DNA of 63,574 bases, counting the filler, from Folioceros fuciformis (lineage: Eukaryota): the NCBI GenBank assembly GCA_049999805.1. It is 10 parts of 10 records of this genome, joined end to end, with 100 filler letters (N's around TTAATTAATTAA, not from the genome) between each part and the next. Parts side by side here need not be neighbours in the genome. Positions count along the whole stretch, not along the records: positions 3,527 to 12,766 come from JBNGIO010003942.1; positions 12,867 to 19,084 come from JBNGIO010003943.1; positions 19,185 to 31,715 come from JBNGIO010003944.1; 7 more parts are not named here. One strand, given 5' to 3'. Below, one piece after another: positions 10,920 to 23,800 of this stretch; the first letter of the stretch is position 1, and each line of letters begins with the position of its first letter. The position numbers and the translations under genes are program-made. The notes beneath the pieces are model-generated. The model was not told where the DNA came from, did not search any database, and saw only the letters and a program-made list of their open reading frames with translations.

Positions 10920-12766
10920 ATGTCTGAAGATGCGGATATGGAGGATTACGGGTTCGAGTATTCGGATGAGGAGACCGAAGAGCAGGATGTCGACATTGAG
11001 AATCAGTACTATAATTCCAAAGGTGTATATTGGGTAAAATCGGGAGGAAGCTCGTGGTGCATTAGGTCTCTGGTCTGTGGGTAGCTAGCTAGGAGTACTC
11101 TCGTTTTGTCGTTTAACGTCTATGTTGTCACCAGGATTGGTGGAGACCGAGCCGGAAGGGGCACTCAGAGGCTTCGATGAGGTGGTTACCATGGAAGGGG
11201 TGAAGGGAGAATGGTATGAAATTGAAGAGATTGCCAGCACAGATGTTTAACTTGTTGCCATAGTTTGTCAATTCGGATCGAAATGACAGTTTTATTAAAA
11301 TTTGAGCAGGGGCTTCAAGGCTTTGAAGCAAACGGTGAAACTCCACTATCGCATGAGCAACTATCAGGCTATGATGGATGCGTATAGAGAAATGTTGACA
11401 TATATCAAGTCTGCTGTAACACGGAACTACAGCGAAAAGTGCATCAACAATATTTTGGACTTCGTTTCTGGTAGTGCTAGCCAGAACTTGGAGCTTCTCC
11501 AAGAGTTCTACCAGACCACGCTGAAAGCTCTTGAAGACGCGAAGAACGAGGTGAGAATTCTTTTTCTTTTCTTGCCTTTCTTGAAATTAGATTGCTTCTT
11601 TGCGATTCAGTTCAACATCCCGCTTGGCCATGAACGAGTGAATGGAGCTTTCATGCCGTTGCCTGTCGCCATCTGTAATTGTGACGTTTCTGAGTCTCTG
11701 TTGTCGTTGCAGAGGCTTTGGTTTAAGACGAACCTGAAACTTTGCAAGCTATGGTTTGACATGGGAGAGTACAGCCGCATGAACAAGGTGATCCTTGTGT
11801 TTAATTTACAGAAGAATGTTCCGTGACATGCGCTCCCGACTAACCGGATGTGATTCTTGCTGGGATTTTGTGGAACATGTTGACAGATTTTAAAGGAACT
11901 GCACAAATCTTGCCAAAGGGAAGATGGCTCAGATGATCAGAAGAAGGGGACACAGCTTCTCGAAGTTTATGCCATTGAGATTCAGATGTACACAGAGACG
12001 AAGAACAACAAGAAGTTGAAGGTACTCTGGGTTGTAACTACAATTTTCTTTTCTGCAGAAACATGTTGTCCCAATCTTTTGTACTACAGTAGGCAGGATA
12101 TGGGGTATCTGAACTGTATTGAGGTAGCAAACTCACTGCCTAAGTGTGAATCAGCCAAGCCCTTGCCTTGTTCGATTGCACATCTGTCGTTTCCATAGAC
12201 CTGGATTTTCACGAGTCGCAAGCATTCCTGACAAGCTGAACCCCTTCCTGAACTGCGTCTTGGAGTTCAGGTGCAGTGCCGTTACGTTTTCCTGTTTCTG
12301 AAATTGCAGCAACTTTACCAGAAGGCATTATCCATCAAATCGGCGATCCCCCACCCTCGCATCATGGGCATCATACATGAGTGTGGTGGAAAAATGCACA
12401 TGGCTGAGCGCCAATGGTCTGAGGCTGCCCAAGATTTCTTTGATGCTTTCAAAAATTATGACGAAGCAGGCACACAACGTCGGATACAGTGTCTCAAGTA
12501 TGCTAAACAAGTGCCTTCGAAATGTTTCGACTGAAAGTGTGGTTATAGCTGTCCGAGGTATTTGTGACTGAAAGCTGAGATTTCTGAATTGCTTCATCTT
12601 TTTCTGTCTAGGTATTTGGTTCTTGCCAACATGTTGATGGAATCAGAAGTGAATCCATTCGACGGCCAGGAAGCAAAGCCGTAAGTTTTGGTGAACCGAA
12701 ATGTATAAAATGAGGTAATTGGTGTGACTTGGCCTGATTCAGTGTGAAGTGATGGTGTGTGCCAGG
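10920..12766 (+). CDS. CSN2: COP9 signalosome subunit 2 (FUS12), first 7 exons, truncated by contig end
   Basis: [17 protein letters not shown]...[43 protein letters not shown]. Exons 10920-11022, 11135-11213, 11310-11550, 11713-11787, 11887-12021, 12310-12497, 12612-12680, all GT-AG. Confidence 0.96.
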
Positions 12767-14299
12767 NNNNNNNNNNNNNNNNNNNNNNNNNNNNNNNNNN
12801 NNNNNNNNNNTTAATTAATTAANNNNNNNNNNNNNNNNNNNNNNNNNNNNNNNNNNNNNNNNNNNNGTGGTATACCGTCCAAACATTTTGATGTAACAGA
12901 TGTGTCCAAACATTTTGACGTAATAGATGTGCCTGCTTCAGTTGCAAGGCACAAAGTAGGTGTCCCGATCGGAACACCTACTTTGTGATAGTGATAATAT
13001 TTTCTTCCTCACATTCAGGTCCGTCTCTTTCCACTCACAATCATTCACTTTTTTTTGAGTTAGGGTTAGGGCTTGTGGGTTCAGCATCCACAGTTCAGCA
13101 TCCACGGTTCAGCATTCATCATCGGGTTTAGGTTTGCATCGGACCTCAATGTTCACAGTGCTATCTACTATGCACACATCTCTTGCCTCCATGCACACCC
13201 CTAACCGTCTGAGTTTTCACCACTCCAATCCAGAACCTACTCAAGGAGACGTTCCTTCTTGCCTTCCTTGCTATGTGATGTGAGGAGGACAAGAGGACAA
13301 ACAAATGATAGTGGGGAATGAAATGGCCACCTTTATTTCATAGCCCACGAGGGCAAGGCAAACCTACAGATGGTCTCACCCCACAACACACACGCTCCTA
13401 AGGCATTGGACAGATCCCCCCTCCCCCCATCATTACTATAGAGATCGAAGGAGGCAAATGCCTATCCACGCCCACGGAGTGGCCTCCTCCTATGTCCAAG
13501 CATGTAAGTAGGCATTCAAGGGCTCCATTTCGCTTTTGCACTCTTTGCACAATGTGGTGAAGGCCAAGTGTAAGCAATACATATCAAGCAGATAGTCCAA
13601 ACCCTCCAGGCCTTTCACATAAGCGTTGTCGCGGGAGACTTGCAATGCCTGCATAAAGCACAAAAGGGGGTTTTGGTTATAATTACCACCACTTGCAATC
13701 AACACAATGCACAACAAGCAACTACAATGTGGAGGGTAGGTTTGCTTGCAAGGTGCAACGGTAAAAGGAAATTGCAGACAGCATGCCCAAACGCCACTGC
13801 AATATTTTGCTCAGCCAAGGCTATTGGAAGCAACAACTTGCAAAACGCCCTGCATGCACGAATAACAACGACAACTCTACCCACACAGTGCAACCACAAA
13901 ATGCACTATATGTTTGCAGTTACAATCACTACACTCAAACTGCACCCATAAAGCTGCACCACAAATTGCCAGTGCACCTCTATATACGAAGCACTCTCTC
14001 CAACTACTCATTGCCAGGCCCTGTCGACATGGAATGTGGAACTGCAAGTTGCGTTTGCAAGCACCCCCTACAATTACCAACAACCATCACGAAATGCAAG
14101 CTGCAACCACATTTCTCAGCCACGTATAACAGCTACAGGGTTTAAGTCTCTAATCTCTTGTCACAGTCACGCGAATTTCCCCTATTCAACTGCACTACAT
14201 GCACAAGGAAATGTACATTTGTCATCTCCTCCACCATTGCAACTCAACCTACAAGGCCAATGCAGTAACAGGCATCCATTGCACAGTCATGCACAAGTC

Positions 14300-16030
14300 A
14301 ATTACAGGTCAACAGCAAAAGCTTGCAGTCATTCCTGCATAACTGTAGAAGCTCACCCCATCCAGAAGCTCTATCCTCCTCAACAGGGAAATCTCCGGAG
14401 CCACATTCTACATGTATTTTGGGCCCCTGGCATCGTACTCCTCTCCATCATCATCCACTATACCATACAAAGGTGGCTGCACCAACCCTTGCAGCCGCTC
14501 TTTCTCTTACCAAGTCCACCAGGTACTCCTTTGTACAGGATTGCCCATTTCTCCCCCAATGCTCGCCAGAAGTGCTCAATCCGTTGTCATCATGACTGCG
14601 TTAATGCCCCAAATGAGGTTGGCAGGGTACCAAATGAGTGGTGCACATTTCCAGGAGACAGGAAAATGGTGGGCCGAAAATGCAATTATCATATGCAGGA
14701 TGGATCACCATTTGTATGGATGTGAATGCAGGTGTGGCATTCAGGTGGCAAGCTTGCAGTTGTCCGCAGTGAGAGGTGCATGCAGTGGGCACCGTGCAGC
14801 ATGAACCGCACAGGGTGCAAAGCCTGCGGGTTTGCATGAGCATAGAGTACATGCAATACAAAAGTCAATAGCGTACAGCCAGGTCATTAGTGAGATTGAC
14901 GGCCCCTAAAGTGGAGTTGGAGCGCAACAATTAGGTTTGAAGGGCAGTGTGGCCAAGTGTGTGTGCTTGGGAGGGTGCGGGGCAGAAATCAAGGGAGCGG
15001 GCGTCTTTGGTGCAGGCCAAGGGAGTAGGCGACGGCGGTGCAAAGGGGACCGTAGCGGCCTGAAGGAGAGGATGGCAGAGACTGCAGCGGAACGGGCAGG
15101 GGGCACCCTCAAGGCCGTCAACGCTGCTGCAGGTGCGCAAGGCTGTGGATGCTGCTGATCACGTTGATAGCCTCGCCATTGTGCTGTTTCAGGGGAATGG
15201 CGGCAAACCTACACACCTGCCTGCGGGAGAGGCAGTGGGGGAAGGACATCTTCCCCCCCTGCAAGAGGAGGCAGGTGCTGGGGGGAAGAAGGACCCAAGC
15301 GCAAGCATGGGTGGGCAAAGTGTAGAGCTTGGTGCATCCGACCAGGCTCAAGCGGAAGCTGAGGCTACGGTGGACAGAGACCCAAGCCCAGAAGTGATGG
15401 CAAAGATCATAGCAGGGACTTGCAATTAGGCTGTCGGGGACAAACTGCGGAAGGCCATGTACAATGAAAATGGCCAATTCCAGGTAGAGGTACCTTGATG
15501 TGATTCAAAAGCAGCAATTGAGCAGGAAGCTCACCAGACCTAGCTTTGGAGGGGAAGATTGCCGTGTTTTGTAGATGGAGCTCGATGCGGTGGAGGCGAG
15601 TATTGTGAGACACACAGCTGGCGGAGGAAGTCCCCAGGGGACCCCAAGCAATGGTGCAGGGCAAGACGGCCGGCGGGGTGGTGATGCGGATCAAAGTTCT
15701 GGGTCCAGCATCGCACCCACGAGGAGGGTGTGAAAGCAGCGGCGTGAGCTTTCCTACTCTAAGGTGTGTTCCTCTGGAGAGGAGGAGGATGACACGCATG
15801 TGCATCCATGGAGAAGTGTCGCTCGTGGCAAACAAGGGCAATGCGCAACAAAAGGAGGCAGCAACAAAGGCAATGTCGCAGACACCCTAGCGGATGCGGT
15901 GCATGCTTTGCACAACAGCCTAGGGTTGGTGGAGTTGTTGGAAAGTAATTTGTGCAAGCTGAGGGCAAACATACGTGATTGTGCAGTAGATGTGGAGGCT
16001 GCCTCTCGTGGTAGTGATCGTGAGGTTTAG
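14300..16030. mobile_element. Highly decayed remnant, possibly Harbinger-like: Myb/SANT-like ORF relic (+, ~15290-15560) and transposase-like C-terminal relic (-, ~14530-14585)
   Basis: Off-frame peptides CTMKMANSR*RYLDVIQKQQLS and RIEHFWRALGEKWAILYK resemble trihelix and DDE_Tnp_4 motifs. Many stops. Confidence 0.3.
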
Positions 16031-17329
16031 GGATGCATGTGGCGTGCAGGGTCTGTAGGTGTAGGCAGGTTAGAGGCATTGGCCTTGGTGCTGCAAAGAT
16101 GGTGAACCTTTGCAGTTTTTCCTAAATCTGCTATTGGTATACTGGTCTTGTAGCAGCAGCGCTGGTAGTCTATAGATGTTTTGTGGAAGGTGCTGTAGGT
16201 TGCTGTAGGTTGGCTTCTTGCCTCTATGGTCCAGCTTAATGAACGTGATGTTTTTGCCAACCATATAAGAGCAGCTGAGGCTTCTTGTACTTGCAATTCT
16301 TAAGCTATCATTTGCAGAGAAGTGTTGGAGCAACCTCAAGCTGCAGTATGATGGAAATGCAGGCTTGAAAATGATTGTTCAGTGGAGATGGTAGAGGACC
16401 GAAATCCTTGGACATCCCGAAATCCGTGAGAGCTGTTTACATGCATAAGGGGGATTTTGAGAAGCACCTGAAGTAGAAAGTTTGTGTTGGAAATTTTGCA
16501 AGAAAGACCATTTGAGGCTCGTTCCTTACGAATGCAGGATCCAGTTTTTAAGTGCATGCACCCTGGATTGAATGGGGTAGGTGTGTAAAGGAACTGTGTT
16601 GCTGTTGTAAGTGTGTCGGTGTGCACGTCCCAGATTAGACCTAAACCCAAAACCATAAACAAGCCCTCACGACGGTGTCAATCAGTGCATCTCTGAAACA
16701 CTACCAAACCCTAACTCCTGCGAACTCTGACATGTTTCATATGTGCGTAGTGTATCTCATGTCCGTATTGGTTCACATGCCCATTACACTAATGAGAAAA
16801 ACAGTCCCTCTACAGAGTATAGATAGGTCTCGTGACATGGCTATGTTCAGTGCCGGGAATCTATGGTAGATGCCACCGTATATTCCCGTATATAATACAT
16901 ATTTCAGCAAAAAAAAACATTAGTGTTAGTTCGTGTCCAAACATCAGTGTCTAGGCGGTGTCCAAATCAATATTCCATATCACTTACGTGGCCTACATGA
17001 AATTATAAAGATATTTAAGACATATCACTTACGGTGGCCTACATGAAATTNNNNNNNNNNATCACTTACGGTGGCCTACATGAAATTATAAAGATATTTA
17101 AGAATCTGATTTGTGTCTTGGGGATTGATGGATGCGGTTTGCCACAGCTCAAAGATATATTACTAATAATCTTTTGACAGTATTTTCTATGATTGAAAAA
17201 GAGATGGAAAGTCCCATTACTCCAAAGATTGGAGGAACAACCCCATTAGGGCCAAAGGCAAAAAGAGGTACTCTCCCCTGCGAATATCATTTTCAAAAAC
17301 TACCTACTGCTCCCAAAATGTCATGATGT

Positions 17330-17745
17330 GGAATAACAAAAGGCCTACCTACCACCGGTGGTGCCGAAGAAGCCGTTTGACCTGCACTTGTTGTTGTTCT
17401 AAAAACTGCATTAGCCAATGCTCATTGCAAAGCAATGGATACATGTTGTTGATAGAAGGCCACCACAAAGGAAAGAGGGAGAACACCATTCCTATTGCTC
17501 TGATAAACCTTGGCGCACTCCTTGATAAACCTTGAAAAGTCCTTGCCCATAGCTCCATGAGTCTCAAGAGCAAGGGGGATGAAAGTATGTCCGTCTTGCA
17601 AGGGAGAATACTTATGGACTTTGGCACTTGCACAACCCTCTGCCGCCCAACCAGGGGGAGTTAATGATGACGTGCTCACAAATCGAATTCCTAGTGGGAT
17701 CCGTAACAACCACATCAGCAACACAAACCTATGGGTGACACACGC
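17330..17745 (-). mobile_element. 3' end of a CRE-like non-LTR retrotransposon (restriction-like endonuclease)
   Basis: ADVVVTDP (frameshift) ...AKVHKY...FIPLALETHGAMG...YQQHVSIALQ. Confidence 0.7.
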
Positions 17746-18215
17746 AGTAGCACCACTGGCTTAGATGGACTTGAAAGTACAAGGCAATATGGTGCACGGT
17801 GTGCTACATATATAGCCTTTAGGCTGGGCAACTATCGAGAAGGTAAGCCCTAGACTCGAGAGTGCAATATCCTAATATATCCTGATATACTAGAGTGAGT
17901 ACTAGAGGATTGAATCTCTAACACTCCCCCTTCAAGCTGAAGCTACTTACCGACACCAAGATTTGAACGAAAACATGCGAACTTTGCGCCACTGAGTGCC
18001 CTGGTGAAGATATCCGCCACCATCTCCTCGGTGCGGAGGTATGAGATTTGAAGCACGCCTTTGTCGACTAAATCGCGCACATAATGAAAGTATATGGGAA
18101 TGTGCTTAGTACGAGGGTGAGAACCGGGTCGATGAGCAAGAGCAATTGAGCTCGTGCTGTCAATAAAAACTTGGATAGGTTTTCCCGTGACTATGCCAAT
18201 ATCAACTGAGAACAA
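17746..18215 (-). mobile_element. Ty1/copia 3' end: RNase H, PPT (17924-17933) and ~178-bp LTR (17746-17923)
   Basis: DSTSSIALA...HPRTKHI...MVADIFTRAL. GGGGGAG PPT, then LTR TGTTA...TGTCA. Confidence 0.8.
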
Positions 18216-18584
18216 CTTTCACTAGGAAACCGACCTCGACCGGAAACAGGCGCCTAAGGCTCTACAGGTGGTGCCGCAGCGCTCCCCTTCTCCTTTGACG
18301 ATGCCATTCCTGGCAGGTGAAAGCACAGGAGTCTTGTGAGCAGCCATTGAAGCCCAGCTATGTGAAGCCATTTGCCTCCTAAGGAACTTCAAACTCACCC
18401 GACTCACATAAGGCTGGACTGCTATGCGACAAGTGTCCGTGGCTGCCAAATATACATGACACGCGTTCTTTTGTTGGGTTTGAGTGTGGTCTACAACGAA
18501 TGAAACGTAGCCAGATGGGAGGAAAGCTGGTTTCCTTAAGAGGAAATTGAGTTGTGAGCTTTGGATGGAGAGGTCTCTTTTCAG

Positions 18585-19084
18585 TGGTGTGATACGGCGA
18601 TGGTGAGCGTACGGCAGTGGTGATGGAGAGTGGGGCAGTGGTGATACAAGGATGGTGAGCATAGGGCAATGGTGATGGAGAGTAGGGCAGTGGTGATACG
18701 ACGATGGTGAGCATAGGGCAATGGTGATGGAGAGTAAGGCAGTGGTGATACGGTGATGGTGAGCGTAGGGCAATGGTGATGGAGAGTAGGGCGGTGGTGA
18801 TGAATGTGGAGCGTAGGGTAGTGGTGTGGCATAGGTGTGATGGAGAGTAGGGCGGTGGTGATGAATGTGGAGCGTAGGGTGGTAGTATGGCATAGGTGTG
18901 ATGGAGAGTAGGGTGGTGGTGATGAATGTGGAGCGTAGGGTGGTGGTATGGCATAGGTGTGTGTACAACTTTGCTATGCCATTGTGCAGCTATGGGCCTA
19001 GGGTTTCTAAGAGATGCTCTTGGGGGGAAGAGGCTATGGGCCTAGGGTTTCTAAGAGATGCTCTTTGGGGGAAGAGGCTATGGG
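18585..19084. repeat. Tandem repeats (GGTGATGGAGAGTAGGGC-based units, then ~41-bp CTATGGGCCTAGGGTTTCTAAGAG units)
   Basis: Direct repeats that give His/Pro-rich ORFs in several frames. Confidence 0.85.
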
Positions 19085-19299
19085 NNNNNNNNNNNNNNNN
19101 NNNNNNNNNNNNNNNNNNNNNNNNNNNNTTAATTAATTAANNNNNNNNNNNNNNNNNNNNNNNNNNNNNNNNNNNNNNNNNNNNGAGCATTAATGATACG
19201 ACTTAAATACAAAGTGTATTTAGTTATAACCATGATTAATCGGTTAGTAACTTGAGTAACCTACTTAACTGTTCAAATCTCTAAGCTATGTTTAACTAG

Positions 19300-20801
19300 T
19301 GAGTTTATGAAACGTGCCCTAATTCGGTAACAGGTATCATGCAGCGGTTAAACCTAGTTTTCTCCAACACAATGCTTGTTGTATCCTTTGATGGTTTTTG
19401 AGGCTCACTAGCCTTCTTCTTCCTACATTCCTTGGCCCAATGGCCTGAAATACCACACTAGTTATAGTTCCATGGTCGTTTAACAAAGGAAGATGAAGCA
19501 GGTAAAGATCTAGGTCCTTTCCCTGGCTTACATAACATCTTCCCTCATAATGGTTTATTGGTTGTGGCCAACACCCTTTTCTGTCTTGTTCTTAGGAACA
19601 TCGGATGTAAGGTGGCGACTCTGTTCGTCTAGGTACAGGGCGCCAATCACCTCCTCTAGAGTGATTGGGCTACCACTTCCAAAAGCAACACCAGTCTGCA
19701 CAAGCCGTATAAGACCATTCTGATTGGATACAAAAGTTTGATATGAAGGAGGTAAGCTTGACAATAGTTGAGCAACAACATCCACTTCGTCCGTGAGTTT
19801 GCCAGTGAACGAGGTGATTTGGGCGCTTAGATGACGAAATTTGCTGGTATGTACAGCAATCTTGTCTCCCACTCTCATTTTTAGAGAATAAGACTCTTGC
19901 CTCACAGCACATAGTGTCAAAATATTTTGTACTTGATTAGTTTTCTCTAACTGATCCCATATGGCTTATGCTTCTTCCAGGTGTTCAATGTCTGCAACTA
20001 AATCATAGTGGAGACCTTCTACCAATAATAGAACACAATTTTTTTTTAGATTGAATTTTTAGACACAAATTGAATTTTTTTTATCCCATTTTTTTAGATC
20101 AGCTTGAGTAGGTGGAGGTTTTGCATGTGGATTTGGTCTCTTCTCTCTACTATTTACTATTCCCTATACACCCCTAGCCAATAGCATAGACTTCATTCTA
20201 ACCCTCCACATAGGGTATTTAGTACCGGTAAAACGGTCTCTCTCTTTTAATTCAAAGGAAACTGAACTTGTTGTTGCCATTGCTACAGATTGCATGTGAG
20301 TGGTTGGAGATTGATTGATAAGACTCAATTGCTGAAATTGATTATTGAGTGCATCCAGAATGAGTTCCAGGCTCCAAAATGGCATCGCCCCATCTAGAGG
20401 TGGTGCCACAAATTTCGCCACTCCACCTTGGAGTGTCGCCCTTGAAGTTGGAGTCTTCGAAATAAAGGGATCCGCTACGCAATGGCAGGAATCACGAGAT
20501 TTCTTGAAGATTTCTTGGCCAACCCAGTTTGTGCTGGTTGGGAGCTTGTAAATTGAGCCTTGGCGCCTTGTAGGGAAGCACGCGCTGAGCAAAAAACACA
20601 CAGATCTGATCGATCTTTGATTTCCAGATTGTAATGGTTCACAAAGTGCTCTTCTCCCTAACCGTGGCGCGCTCCAAACATGATTTTGAAGACTCTTCTG
20701 TGTTCCTTGCCCCACGGTCCTTATTCTCGTGCTTGCCATCATCTCCACGCTCTGCCCATCTCGATTTCCAGCTGATGTTTGCACCATGGTGTGAAAGCAA
20801 C
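19300..20801 (-). mobile_element. Ty1/copia gag remnant, host of the gypsy insertion; continues after 27404
   Basis: RFTGTKYPMWRVRMKSML, a UBN2-like segment (LLSSLPPSY) and a CCHC-like knuckle at ~19420-19470. Contains stops. Confidence 0.8.
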
Positions 20802-23800
20802 TGCTATGATCGTGACAGCTTGCTTAGTGGAGATAGGACCATGTTGTATTCATTGTGATGGTTTTTTATACATGTGCTTGGGACTAGCCAAGAGGTAGGC
20901 GTCCCTGCCCAACAACCAGGGTTGTTGGGCCGTTAAATGTTTGTTAAAACTAGTTCTTCCTAAGTAAATGCTTAATCCCTGTTTAGTGGCTAGTTAATCT
21001 AGGGTTATTTTACCGATTTGACTTATCGGCTACACAAAGTTATGTTAGTCCAAAACTCGTCTTCAACCTGGTTGTCTGTCTCGTTAGTCGATTCTTGTTA
21101 GGTACCTTTTGGGTCGGTTCCTGCTGCCCCGTCCGCCTATGGCTGGAGGCGGCTTCATTCCCGTTAGCTACACACACAGATTGGCCATGGCGGTGCGTGT
21201 GTCATTCTCCCCCTTTTAAGCTGGCCAGGTCCTCCTGGCCGATCTGTCGTGGAGCTTGGGAAGTTGTCATCTGAGCCCGCAAGTGAGGGAAGTGATGGCA
21301 AAAGGCTGCAGGTTCCCAGGTTGCAGCACTATCGGGTTCGCCTGTCCAGGCCACGAGGAAGTCTATCGCACAACAAGAACGGAGCTAGCGGTCGCGGCGC
21401 TGGAGGATACAATGGGGCTGGTGAGGGCCAAAACTTGGCGGCTGGGCTAGGTTTTCCGAACTAGAGCTGTCTGGAACGGCGAAAGTTGCCAAGGTGGGGC
21501 ACTGAGCAGAGGAGCTGCCTGGAGCTGGGAAGAAGGGTGTGATTCTGGCTGCTAGTCGGCAGAAGGATCTGGCGGATGTGCAAGTAGAGTTGTGGCAGCG
21601 GGTGGCGGGTGGGAGATCACCAGCTTGAGCATGGAGACATGAAACGTCCTGCAGAGACGCCAGTCAGCGGGGAGGTCGAGCTGGTATGCTACTAGTTTGA
21701 TCTGCCTAGACACCTTGAAGGGTCCGGCATACCGGTAGGAGAGCTTATCCCGTGACTGGATTAGAGCTGGGTAGCGGTGAGGTTTCACGCGAAGCCACAC
21801 CTGTTGGCCGACGCTGTAGTTGATTGCCCGGCGATGGTTGTTGGCTGTTTTGCAGGATCTGTCCCGGGCAGCGAGGAGTTTCTCCTTTGCCAACTTGACC
21901 TCATGCCAAATGTCCTCTACAATCTCAGCTGCACTGCGCCACTTCTCCTGACTGCTGGGCCACAAGCCTGGTGGTGGCAAAGTTTCTCCATATTGTAGCT
22001 TGAATGGGGCCACCCCTGTAGCCGCATGCTTCGACGAGTTGTAGGCGTACTCCAACATAAGGAGGAGTTCTTCCCACCTAGTGTGTTTCTCATGAGTGAA
22101 GTGACGAAGCATGTCTTCCAGAACCTGATCTGTTTCTCAGTTTGTCCGTCTATCTCTGGATGATATGCTGACGACATGTTTTGCTTGATGCCTGGGGTTT
22201 CCATGAATGTTCTCAAGAACCTTGAGGTGAACTTAGGATCCCGGTTAGAGACAATGTCTTCTGGGGCTCCATGCAACCTAAAACTTTCCCGAACGAAGAC
22301 TCCAGCTAGCTTAGATGCTGTGATGGTGGAACAAAGTGGCAGACCTTGGAGAACCTGTCAGTGACCCCCCAAATACTGTCTTTTCCAGAACGGGTACGTG
22401 GCAGGTGAGTGATGAAATCCATAGCAATTGACGTGAATTGTCCACTTGGAATTTGTAGGGGTAATAACAGACCCGACATCTTCTGATGGCTCGCCGTGGC
22501 TTGCTGGCAAGACTCGCAAGAGCGCACACATTCGATGCAGTCATCGCGCATCCCTTCCCAATGGAAGTGCTCCTTGACCTTGGCATATGTCTTGTCAATG
22601 CCCAAGTGGCCCGAAATGGGTGAATCATTCATGTCATGTAGGACGGCCTGTTTCATCTTAGAGAGCTGTCAAGGGATGAGCAGTCTCCCCTTTCAATACA
22701 CACAAGCATCTTGGAGTGAATATTGCTGGGTAAGTGCTGTAGGGACCCTTGTCTGTGCATCTGTCAATCGCTGTCTGTACAGTTGCAACAAGACTGGGTC
22801 ATGGGGAATTCCATCTTGGACTAACTAGATTGTTTGGGACTGGGTTCTCATGAGGGTGCAGGCACGCCAAATCAAGGCATTTGCAACCACATTAGTTGAG
22901 CCTGATACATACTGGATCTCCAAGTGGTAGTCTGCCAGAGCTTCAGCCCACCGTCGCTGTCGAGCATTCAAGTTGGGCCGAGAGAAGAAATGCTGCAAGG
23001 AGTGGTGATCAGTGTGAGTGTGACACACCACTTTCTGCCCCAGGAGGTAATGTCACCATACCTTCAGGGCATGTGTAATGGCCAACATCTCCTTAGCATG
23101 CACAGGATAGTTTAGCTATGCTCCTTGCAACTTCCTGCTTTCGTAGGCAATTGCCCTCCCTTGCTGGGATAGAACTGCCCCTATGGCATAGTCTAACGCA
23201 TCTGTGTGGATGGTGTATGGCATGTGAGGATCTGCCACTGCCAGAACTGGAGCCGAGCCAAGGGCCTACTTCAGCTGCTCAAAAGCTGCAACGGCCTCAG
23301 CTCCCAACTGGATGGGCTTGTTTGTGGAATGCCAAAGGGCATCCATCAGGTGAACAAAGATCCTATTGAATCCCTTGATAAAGCGCTTGTAGAAGCCGGC
23401 CATACCCAGGAACCCTCTGAGCTGGGTTATGTCCTGTGGCAAGGGCCAGTTCATCACTGCGCTGACCTTACGTGTGTCAACCTGGATGCCCTCTACAGTG
23501 ATCACATGTCCCAGGTACTCACATCTTTCTCTCATGAAGACGCACTTGCTTCTCTTGCCTAACAATTTGTTGGCCTGCAGCAAGTCCAGGACTTTCCTAA
23601 CCAGCTGGAAATGTGTTTCAGGGTCAGGGGTGTAGATGAGAATGTCATCCAGGAAGACTTCAATGCCATGTCCCAGCAAGGGTCGCAACACTTCCTGCAT
23701 GAGACACTGGAAGGTGGCATGAGCATTGGTAAGACCAAACGGCATTACCCTGAATTCGAAATGTCCATGTCGAGTTTGAAAGGCTGTTTTGTGTTTATCT

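Noticed and set aside
3527-12766. P450-LEA-MiniIII-CSN2 as a functional gene cluster
   Set aside because: Unrelated pathways; ordinary compact gene order.
13058-13070. Telomere-like TTAGGG/TTTAGGG (also ~53953)
   Set aside because: Only two units; a common telo-box-like motif.
16977-17103. Triple ~45-bp repeat (and the 29-bp duplicate at 3351-3426)
   Set aside because: Adjacent to a gap or contig end; likely an assembly overlap artifact.
18222-18968. Extensin-like or His-rich ORFs
   Set aside because: All three frames are open over a tandem repeat, with no signal peptide or gene context.
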